The position numbers and the translations under genes were made by a program. The notes under the pieces are model-generated. The model was not told the DNA's origin and made no database searches. It saw nothing but the letters and a program-made list of their open reading frames with translations. A DNA stretch of 64,000 nt. Source: Iphione sp. A-MEVVRFRX5. Taxonomy: Eukaryota. Below are positions 40,231 through 50,500 of this stretch, in pieces (the first letter of the stretch is position 1; every line of letters starts with the position of its first letter). The stretch lies in assembly GCA_976226885.1 (NCBI GenBank), contig OZ320316.1, positions 54,312,001 through 54,376,000 on the forward strand, in the 5' to 3' direction.

Positions 40231-40633
40231 GTTAGGGGGCACCAAACCAGCCAACGCCAAGCAAAGGGACGTACTGAACACCAAACGCCTTCGAGTACTA
40301 TCTGATTCAGACAGTGAGTCGGATACGGACTGCCTACTCCATGATGATCTCAATGTAAGTACAGACACAGACACTGATGACGACCACACTACAAGTGCTG
40401 CACGTTTCAAGACCGTCCCAACTTGCCACACTGCCAGACGGGACATTCCGCCTCCTGCCAAACCTGCCCTCAACTCGAAAGGGGGCATGACGAAACGACT
40501 ACAGAATCTCCCAGAAGGACGAACCAAGGACCGGAGCACCTCTCCCAGTCATCATGTACAAGACAAGCGAGCCAAGACTACACATCCCACAGGGCAGACC
40601 ACTCTGCGCATGGATGCTTCTGGTGAGAAGTGA
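39920..40633 (+). CDS. Ser/Thr/Pro-rich, acidic-patch ORF overlapping the zinc-finger ORF in the +1 frame
   Basis: 237 stop-free codons with a disordered composition, a basic motif (KRLRV) next to an acidic patch (SDSDSESDTD..DTDTDDD). Likely the true continuation of the zinc-finger ORF after a 1-nt frameshift (inference). Confidence 0.5.
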   Translation: MSRLCVLTGTPAPATTVQTSKTPTKVTNKVAPANMHTVPKPSTSSTDARLDAEIDTTARKTKRDLHPLVQMLKQRQSTDTNNSQPGTLNQTAPGPLGTHPPAPKLGGTKPANAKQRDVLNTKRLRVLSDSDSESDTDCLLHDDLNVSTDTDTDDDHTTSAARFKTVPTCHTARRDIPPPAKPALNSKGGMTKRLQNLPEGRTKDRSTSPSHHVQDKRAKTTHPTGQTTLRMDASGEK

Positions 40634-40646
40634 CGCGTGGTAAAAC

Positions 40647-40916
40647 ATGATCGTGACAATACCCCTGAATATGTGCCGTTCAGTAGACCAGATACACACC
40701 CTAAGCCTGTACCTGAATGTACCTACACCTTTAGATAAGTTGGGTAGTAAACAACCCTCTACAAGTGCCAGTAAATCATATGACCATGGACTAATACCAC
40801 ATAACAAGATTTTGTATGACCACTGGCTCATTGTCCAAAAGTTGAACCAAGACGTCGGTAGAGTAATGAAAGCGGAGATGCTAAGACAAGGTCTTATGAG
40901 ACAGAAGAGATTTTAA
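40647..40916 (+). CDS. Short ORF, possibly the C-terminal segment of the PLE cargo protein
   Basis: 89 aa ending HNKILYDHWLIVQKLNQDVGRVMKAEMLRQGLMRQKRF*, followed by an AT-rich UTR-like stretch. No known motif. Confidence 0.35.
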   Translation: MIVTIPLNMCRSVDQIHTLSLYLNVPTPLDKLGSKQPSTSASKSYDHGLIPHNKILYDHWLIVQKLNQDVGRVMKAEMLRQGLMRQKRF

Positions 40917-41366
40917 GCCTAAACTTAGACTTGTAGAGTTGTTGATGATGATAACATACCGACTGTGATCACCTGACCTATACTAGTCAAGATTCTTTAT
41001 GCGTTCTCTGTGATTTGTTAATTCCGAATGACTGTGATACTATTCAAGCAATGACTGTTGTATATAGACAATTTTAGAATCAATGTACATGTACATACAC
41101 TATTTTTCTTTGAACTTTAGAACTAGTTACCGTACATTTTTTCCAGGGATGGACCTGTTTTTATATCGCATTTATTAACCACATAAAGACAACGCTGTTT
41201 CTTCAATAGTTTATTCAAAGTATTAACGGTTTACATGCATCATTGATTCATTCAACAACGTACAATCAGACTTAGAGACTATGTTCTATATTTAGCACAG
41301 ACCGTTCTTGAGGCCCCAAAGTGGCCCAAATGGGTACTTAATCTCACTAATTTGTTTACATATTTA

Positions 41367-41400
41367 CCCCTGAAGAGGCTAAGATTGCCGAAACGTCGGG
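41367..41400 (+). ncRNA. Minimal type I hammerhead ribozyme (PLE pseudo-LTR type)
   Basis: CCC-CTGAAGA-GGC(TAAGATT)GCC-GAAA-CGTC/GGG. Intact CUGANGA and GAAA core, 3-bp helix II, CCC/GGG helix I, palindromic ACGT in place of helix III, GUC cleavage triplet (cut after 41397). This is the known architecture of PLE-associated minimal hammerheads. Confidence 0.85.
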
Positions 41401-42322
41401 AATTTATTAAAGCCAACTGAAATTTAATCTCTGGTGTTTGTGTTGGTGTGTCACTCCTACTCCATAATTTAGAAAATTCACTTATAATTTATCCTAATTT
41501 ACATAACTGGCAGGTTAACATTGAAAAATATTGCTCCTAGAAGAAAATGTTCAATTAACAATGTGTTCAGGAGTTGATTTGCAATCTTTTGATACCTAAT
41601 TTGTCTCTGTATGTGATCTGAAACATATTCTGTCATAACCTGTAAGTATACATGTTTTATGCAAAAAAGTGCATCACCATATGCATTAGCATCATTGATG
41701 CAGATTTGATGCATCATGGGATATATCAAAAATAGATATAATCATAATTGGTTAAAATTACTGGTTCAAATGGCTCCTAACAAACCCAGCTATGAATTTT
41801 CTCATTATTTTGATGGCAGAAATTGGTGAAAAAGAGTCTATATTAAATTAAGTTATATATTATAATCAGTGATAACATGCAATAATTATATGAAATTCTA
41901 TATCTTAATAAAAAAGGTTATAGCACATCAAATGCTACACTATCACTACTGATCCCTCTAATGATTCATTAAACACTTCTGATAAGCTGTAGGGATAAAC
42001 CCTTTTATGTTACAAAGGAATTTGTTAATAATACAAAAATAATTCATTAGTTATTTAAGGATTTAGGACATATTTATATTAATATGTCTAAAAACATGTG
42101 AAAATGGTCATTGTTGATGTTCTTACAGGTCATGTGACTGCCTCTCCATGGTTACTGAATACTAATTCCAAAATTTGATATGACCATACGTTGGCCAGAG
42201 GATTCCTGCATATTTTCCCTAAAATATACCAAATGAATACAAGGGTTAATATGGGGCTTCTGGCATTGTTCCCATCATGCAAAAATGCACGATTTTCGTA
42301 TGTATGGACTGTATAGGGTTAA

Positions 42323-44230
42323 GGCTGTTGACGATTGAGGGCACAGCTTGTATGTAGAACTGTCTCAGTACTTTTCATGTTTGCTCCCTATGTGAAGCCT
42401 GATATGGCCCTCATGACTCTGAGCCTGCTCCTGAGTTGTCAGGTAATGTATTTGACTGCTGGCTGTAGTGTTTGGAGCTTGTCTATGATGACCCCTAAAT
42501 ACTTGTATTCTGAGACCTATTCTAGTTGGGGTTGTTTTAATCTGAGTTCTGGGCCTGGGTCATGCTGCTTCATGGGCATCGCTTTGGTTTTTTTGTAGGG
42601 AGATCTTGAGGCCTAATTTGTTGCAACACTCAGTGATTGTGGCTAGCATGGTTGTTGCTTTGTGGTGTGTATTTAGCCTGTCTTTACAGATGAGGACCAT
42701 TTTGTCTGTGTAAGAAAGAATTGTTGTCTTTGGGATGGGTTCACTGATGAGTCCATCACACAATTGAAGAGCAGGGTACTTAGTACTCCACCTTGGAGTA
42801 ATGCTGTTGTTCCGGGGGTGGTAGTTTGATGTACATCCTTGGAATGTGACTCGGGCCTGTCTATTTTTAGGTAGTCTTGTATGTAGGCCTGCAGTTTGCT
42901 TCTTACTCCAGTGTGTGCCAGGGAGTCAAGTATGACTATTGTGGTTGATTAGTTGGAATATTCTTGAGATCTAAGAAGACGATGATGCATTCCTGCCCTG
43001 TTTGTTTGGCTTTGGTTGTCATGTTCAGTAGTGTTGCAATGCAGTGCATGGTTGATTTGTCTTTTGTGAATCTGTAGATATGTTCTGTTGTTTTGTGTCC
43101 TGCAAGTTTTATCCATTTTTGATGTAGCTGAAGCTTACTTTTTCCAGAATTTTGCTGCCGGTTTGTAAGAGGGTAATAGGCCTTAGCCCTCCCTCTTGAG
43201 GGCGAATGGGGATGATGTCATTTTGTTTCCATAGTCAAAGGATGTCTGTCTTTAGGAAGATCTGTGTACCTTAGGAATGTGATTTTGTTGTCCCTGTCAA
43301 GGTTTGACCCAGACTGGGTATTTTGTCTGTCCACTCCAGGGGCCTTATTTAGAGCTCTTTTGAGTGTAGTGTTGAGTTCAATTTGTGATTGGGTTCTCTG
43401 TTCCTGTATGGTCTGGGGTGTTTATTGATTCTACGATGTGTTCCTCTCTTTGGTGTCTTAATGTCTCTTAATTGGTGTCATCGGGAAGGGTGTGTTCTTG
43501 TGTGTGTTCTGTGTGTGAATTGTGCTGCCAATTCCTCAACCTTTGTTTCTGACTCAATGTGCTTTGGGGGTCTTTTAATTTTGTCCTATAGCCGTTTTGT
43601 TGTGGTAAAGTCGTTGAACTCAGAGCACGATTCTTGCCATTTAAAAACAATTTGGAGAGTGATATGTGGTCTTGGCATGTATGTGATTAGCATTGCTGCT
43701 TGACCTGTGTGCTGAGAACTTTCTAGTCCAGAGGTTTTAGGTTTAGGCTCTTGTCTGGGTGGCGGGTGTACCTTTGGTAGGCTAACCCTTGTCTCTGTTG
43801 CATAGTGGTCTGAAAAGATTATTTTTCAGTTGGTCTTTGTTGCAGGTTGTTTGGAGATGAGCGTGAGGTCTATTCTGTTTGGGATGGAGCCATTGTTGCA
43901 AATGATTAGTGGTGAGTGTCAGTGATTTCGTTGACTCCCCAGGGTGGATAGTGTAAGTTAAAATCACCTGATAGTAGTATGTGAGCCTTTTCTGTCCATT
44001 CCTGCTTGATGAATCAGTCCTTAACGTTGAAGTTAATAACAAAGTGGTGATATATGTTTACTAGTTCTATTTTCTTGGAGTTTTTAGTGTCAGGAGTGGT
44101 CTGATGATCTCTGTTGCTGGGCTTGGCAGGGAATTGTTAGGTAGGTGTGTGCATGTGATTTCTTGTTTATTTCCTTCCAGTTTATGGTTTTATACCCTCT
44201 CTAAGAGGTATTCAACCAGTCAGGGGTCTA
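42323..44230 (-). mobile_element. Decayed I-clade-like (I/Nimb/Ingi) LINE ORF2: APE endonuclease + RT
   Basis: Ordered minus-strand motifs across many frameshifts: IELVNIY (44070-44050), LLSGDFNLHYPPWG (~43970-43935), IDLTLIS, SDH (43813-43805), KAPGVD (43346-43329), FLDLK, QGGVLSTLLFN (~42795-42762), SYTDK, LGLKIS..KTKAM, EYKYLGVIID (42510-42481), RLRVMRAISGFT(W)GA..VLRQFY. Confidence 0.9.
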
Positions 44231-47200
44231 GCCTTGCTTTTTGACCAATCAAAAGGTACTTCCATAATTTGTATCAAAGTATCATTTCAATACAATCATC
44301 TTAGGCAATGAAATCATACATTCCCATAAGAGATATAAAGTAACGAAGACATATGGGGTGATCCTCTCAGTAACCAATCATAGGCCTTACAACAAATAAG
44401 GAGAGTAGGGTGATCTCCTACTAGCCAATTGCAACAGAGTAATACAGGTAATGGAAATGAGGTCATATAGTTGACCCCACATTATGAACTATGGAACAGT
44501 TGCATTGGCAAGTGTACTTATCAACTCCAAGATCTTGGGCTATCTTGCACTCAATGAATCCTACTAATAGTTGTATTCATTTAACCTAGGCTTAAGCCTA
44601 ACACATTGATCAAAATGGAATATAATACCAATTTATTGTGACTGTTAGCCTTATGCCACCACATATTGTAATCAGAAATCAAAGCTAGCGTTATATTAAT
44701 TTATCCATTCTCATAGAACCTTCAATTCATAACCCGGTTAAGTTTTGTTTTTAATCATGTAATAGGTTTGCTGAAGACAGGGAAACTGCAGTATCAGTTG
44801 ACTCCCACACTAAGCACGTTCGCCTCGCAGTTCTAGGCACTTAGCGAAAGTATGAGCTGTGTCCCGGCTTTTAGCTACGGAATATTTGTCAAGAGAAGCT
44901 GTTTGACAGGAGCTTGCTCACAATTTGGGAAAGAATAGGCATTGAAGCACATTTCTCGTGATATTTGTTCCCCTAAACATGGAGGAATGAAGATGAAAAA
45001 TTGAGAATAACTAACATGACGGCCTACCGTATCTCCTTATGAATAGAGACCTGTTTAAAACGTTTCTCAGCTACAGCTCTATTGTCTCGTCCCCTTCTTT
45101 GCATGAAAGTTAGATTGCTATATACTACTTTTTAAACCTAACAGGACACATTCCAGTAAACGTAGTTAAGAAGTGAATACTTCTCTAGTGTCCATTTGGA
45201 CTGACAGAGAAATATTTCATCTGTAGGCATGGAATGTGATCCGATAGAATGTAATAAATGCATTGTCATGGAATAGAAATGTAACAGACACCAAACACCA
45301 TCCATTGCATCGCATAAGGGTTGAGCAGTTAGAACGCGCAGGAAGCAAGTCGTCAGGAGAGAGACATAAATCCGTCGCCAATGTCTATAACCCAGTGATA
45401 AATACTGCATGGAATACCAAAGGTTAGCGGAGGAAAATGACCGCTCTCTCAGCGAATCAATCGTAGAAAAGAGCGTGTACACCAAACGACTACGAGCTGG
45501 TGTCCTAAATGATCCATGGCCTCGAGAAGCTGGTCTGTGGCTCCGGAGTGACGCACTCGCGGGGAATTATGGCATATCGCAATGTAGTCCCTGCGATAAA
45601 TATGTGTATTTATGACGGGTTGTTATGTGCCATTATGACTTGCAGGGTTGCAGACCTCGTGTCGGAGCAACGCGAGCCCGACAACTTGGCTACTGATCCC
45701 ATTGACCAGATCTATAAATCGGGTCAGGGTGCATTGTGAGACCTCAATGTTGCGTACGCAGCTCTGGCGCACTCTAACTATGAAAGGGCTTATCGCGACA
45801 AAACAAAAGTTGGCGGCGAACACTTCTTAAGTAGACGGTGACAAGTCAAGTGGAAATCCCTTCATGCACGGTCTTAGATCGCGGGAGAAGTTCTTAACGG
45901 CCAATCCCAATTTCACTCAGGTCGTTTTTGTGATAAGACCTTGGCAATGAAAGCGATGAGAGTATTGACTTATCAGGGCGGACGAACTCTGTTCATTGAT
46001 TACCTGTTTAGGCCTTGATTGATTAATAATAAGATGGTTCGACTTGTGTGGGGGGAGGGTGGAGGGAGGGATGCACGTTTCATGCTTGATTAGTTGATTC
46101 AAGCTGGTGCCGTATGACATCGACGCTTTCCTGCATGGTTGTCGGCCATGGTGGCACGAGGCAGTGCCAATCTGGTCGCTCAATGATGATCCGCCCAGGC
46201 CAGGGTTTGCTGGATGGCGCCGAATTACGAAAGGTGACCAAAGCCAGGTCTCCCTAATTTAACCACTCAAGTGTACTTATCACACGACTGCAGTCTGCTT
46301 CAAGACAGGCCAGTGCAGAACAACAAATGTCCATGTATGCCAGCGTTGTTTTCGGGTTACAATCTGGCTGGTTTCATTAACACTTGATTTACAGTGTTGA
46401 AAGCCAGTAACTATTCCATGAAATGTCTGTAGACCAACGCTTGCATCGACTTGTTCAGTCTGCCATGCTGGATATCAATGCTCTGGAAATGTTGATCGTG
46501 ACAATGTATTCTTGCATCTTGTGGGCTGCCCTTATCATCGTTTTGGCATATAACGCCAAATATGTAAGTATTCCATTAATATAAATATGTTTTCAAATTC
46601 ATCAAATCAACCTAAATTGTGAAATTCAATTGACAAGTATCTCTCTCACAGTGCATTATTTAAAGCATGTCAACAATGGCGAATTATGTTTGTTTTGTCG
46701 AATTGTCGGTCGGTCGCTAAACTGGTTCGATTGTAAGAATAAACACAAAACGGTCAATCGTGTTGAATTGCACAATAAATCTAAATGAGCCCACTGGATC
46801 GTATAAAGAGTTTTCCTTCAAAGTGCTCCTCCTCCGCTGAAGGAGGCTTGTTCCTTTTGGTTCCTTGTTGACCTGTTTGTTGGGTTTATTTTCGGTTCTC
46901 ATGAATTAGTCAGGACGCCAATTATCAGCAGGCACCAGGTTATACCGGGTCGTCCCATATCTCAGCTTGACAGCCTGGCCAGGCGGCTCGTAAGACTCGG
47001 TAAGAGGTGCCCTAGAAGGAAATATAAACCAGTCGTAGGTTTGCTTATGGAAGGAGAGGGGTGGCAGAGCCCGAGTGTGCAGAAACTAGGCGACTGAGCG
47101 GGGCAGGGTTAGTCGAGGGTGGGTGTGTGTGTGGGTGGATGTGGCAGGGACGTGTGGGTGGTGGTGGTGAGCTGAGGGTTGGTGATGGGAGAGCCACGTG

Positions 47201-47399
47201 GAATGATGGTGGGACTGGACTCCACCCAATATATGGTGATTGATGGTGCTGCGAGTTGCAGGCATGTGGGTGGTCCCTTCAACTAAAAGATCGAGGCTAC
47301 CTACCAAACGAGCGCAAACACATATCCTGAAACACGTCTACTGATCAACCAAACATGCACACACGTACGCACGATCACATCAAGTAACACGTAGACGAC

Positions 47400-47546
47400 T
47401 TCATACCAACCCGGCCTTGGCGGCTGCAGTCGGCACCAAGGAAGCCGACGGATGTCGGCGATTTCCGGATTACTGGCTGCGACATTCGACGTCAACCTTA
47501 AAGTTCTTGAAAGATTAACTAAGATTGAATCCCCTCTACGGAACAC
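47400..47546 (-). pseudogene. Possible SGNH esterase remnant (retroelement ORF1 type)
   Basis: GDSILVNLSRTLR..VAASNPEIADIRRL....PP...YEVVYVL resembles SGNH blocks I-III, but the GxND motif is missing. Confidence 0.25.
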
Positions 47547-50500
47547 TCCGTCTAATACGTACGCGCCTCGGACAAAACAATATAATCACACTTTAAACTA
47601 GGTTCTTTCAACTTGAGAAATGAACGTCTTTGTGTGAAACATAGATTTTCTAACGTACTGTTACCTGAAGTCATTTATCGTTTTCGGCTATGAAGAAGCT
47701 CACTCCGAACTCTGATACGATGCAAACCCCGCCGGTTTTACACGTATTGTATAAATGCATGAGATTCAGCACCTTGATTGATTATCTATTAAAGAACCAA
47801 GCCTGTAGAGTCATCTAGGCATCAGGTGTCAGGATCAAAGGCACGCGACAGGTGTTTGATCGGTGGCACTTGATCGGCGAAGGCGTGTGTGTTCCGGAGG
47901 GAAGCCGTGTGAAACATTACTGCTAGCTGGGCACGCCGCCAGGCTTCCTCCTGGTCAAGTCTATGGCTTCAGTGGTGAGCCGGCGCACTCTAAGCTCTCA
48001 GCCACTACGTTGGTGTAATGTGCTGCCCCACCTGCTTTAGCACCTCCCCCACCCTCGCACCCCTTGCCTCGCAGCCATCCTGGCTGCCCACTGTCCATAC
48101 AATCAATGGCCGCCTTACAAAGTAGGATACAATACACGGGCTGTGATACATGGACAGGTGGGTTAGATAGGCTGGTAGCTTTGAGAGAGCGGCACAAAGG
48201 TGTCAACGCAGACCCATGCAGGACCAAGGGCGCTCTAATGCGGAGGTTCGGCTCCCATTTCTAGTCGAGCCAGTCTACTGGCAATCTGATCGAGCTTTCC
48301 GTCTCTAGCGTTATGACGATTGATGATTTTGCCACATGAGCTCCTGGAGTAGCTGCCAAGACTTGTAGATGTTGACGACTCCATCCCCGGGGCATAAAAA
48401 GAACACTGTATTCCTCTTTTGAGATGGGTAGCTCCCACGCCGTCCTCCTTTTGTCTAGAGGCGCCAGCTCCCAGGACCAGTAGTAAAGGCTGTAGATCAG
48501 GATGATAGCCTCAGTGACAAATCCAATATCCAGGAATACGGAGAGATAAACAAGCCCAAAAAGATAATAGTTTTTTTTTTTCAGAAAACATTTATAGGAA
48601 GATAAGGTCGCATCAATCCCCAGACACTGAATACTCAACTGTTGTACCTTGATCAAAACAAGATTGATTAACTACAAGAAATCACCTAGTATCGACTGAA
48701 GTCGTGGCCAGGCTACCATCGACGGGACGCTTTGCTGGGGCTCCCTCCCGTCACCGCCCTGGGTCCTAACTTCGTTTTGATCTGGACCCAGCCAGTGCTT
48801 AACATTGATTGACAAGTCGCAAAGGCTGCCTGCTAGAAAACCCAGCCACCGACTTCATCTCATGCAACTCACCCATCCTGAACAGCGTGTTAGTCCCTCG
48901 GCCTCAGCCTAAACACCTTCAAATTGCCCCTGAATTTCCAGTCCGACTAGTCTTTTTTTCTCTATATTGACATCCTCTGAGAGGACAGATCGAGCATATT
49001 GACTCGGAGGGAAGGAAGGCGATGAAAATAGGGTTATCTGGACCTCTATATTTCTAATTATAGCTTATGCTAGTCCCAGTGAGCGCGGACTAAGTAGTGG
49101 ACAGCAAATCTTTTAGAAGTTAAATGTGCGACATACTTTTCGCCATAGTTATTTTTTTTAAAACTGTTTATTTCTGTTGGAATGACATACATCGAATGTA
49201 TTTACATCCATTAACGTTCTTTACCAAGACATGAATGTGAAGACAATTTAAGTGATGAAAATGAGTAGTGAATTTGCTGAGTACACTTTACACAAAAATT
49301 ATAGGTCCATGTTTATGTCGTGTGCACATGTGTGGTTATTTTCACTTCACAATGTTTTACAATATCATTTTCCGAGTTTTCATACTTTCAAGCTTTCAAG
49401 TTATCATATTCATTAAAACAAAGTGATGCGCATTATCTATCCTGAATTTAATTTGGTTCTACGGTTATATCTAGTCTTTGATATTCCGTCTATCCGTAAT
49501 AAAACATATTATCTGCCGTCCTTGTTTAAGTTGTAGAAGAAACGTCGACCAATTCATTTCTGATTACTACTTAAAGCCTCTCTCAAATATACCATGCCTA
49601 GGAGATTTCCTTTGTGCACTAGGAGGGCTTTCGTGAGAAAGCTCGCTTCATTAAACCACAATTAATCACTGGAGGACATATCTTCCAGCTCATTCATTCC
49701 GGTACACTGTCATTGTTTTGAAGAAGGACAGAACCATGAAAATGTAATTGGGTGACTCGTCTGAAATAATCATAACAAATGATGAGAGTTGAAAAAGAAA
49801 CCGCTACAAGAAGAGACATGGTCGGTCGAATTTCTCCACTTAGCGACTTCTTGTCACTATCTATGTGCCTGCGGCGTCGGTGTGTTGCGGAATGAATCCT
49901 CAATTAATTGCATCCTCAATAATTGAGCCGAGTAAATGCCGCTCTGTCAGGGGCTGCAGAAGGCGGAATAATCATAGAGGTGTCTACACACCTTCGCGTT
50001 ATTTTCTGGGCACATTCATTGATCATATGTAACCGGAGTCTGACCTCGGTTTTCCGCGAAACGCGTCAACGCGAGGATGATTCACGATGATCAGGCCAGG
50101 GATTAGATGGCTAATCACCGGTAAGCCATCTAGCCGGGCAGGGGATTATCACTAGGGGGTTCACCTGAGTATATCACCAGCGAAATGAATACTGCTGGTA
50201 TTCGTTGAAAGAGCCGAAAAGGGAGGAACTGAGAATAAACGGAATGTGAAGCATGGTCAGCATGTGGAAGACTTCCCATATGAAGGCATATTTAAATAAA
50301 AAGACCCTCTATTTCGGAAGATGCTCGATTTCTTGCCAGACCTTTTGCGTAGAGACTGAATCCTCGAATATGTTCGATTGTCCTTATATGAACGACTGGA
50401 CATGCGTTGTACTATTGATAGTCAGCGAGTTTGATTACGCATGGAGCGTGCAATCAGCCTTTCTGAGCCATTTTGGTGAAAGGAATTAATCAGGGGTATC

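Larger units (their letters stand above)
38551..41462 (+). mobile_element. 5'-truncated Penelope-like retroelement with an extra zinc-finger ORF and a 3' hammerhead ribozyme
   Basis: Exact 13-bp direct repeat CATAATTTAGAAA at 38538-38550 and 41463-41475 bounds a 2912-bp unit containing RT thumb + GIY-YIG, the C2H2 ORF and the hammerhead. Confidence 0.9.
38336..42318. mobile_element. Non-autonomous piggyBac-type element (~1058 bp after removing the nested PLE)
   Basis: TTAA at 38332-38335 and 42319-42322. TIRs CCCTATACCGTCCAT (38336-38350) and ATGGACTGTATAGGG (42304-42318): 14/15 match, CCC...GGG ends. No transposase seen. Confidence 0.85.
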
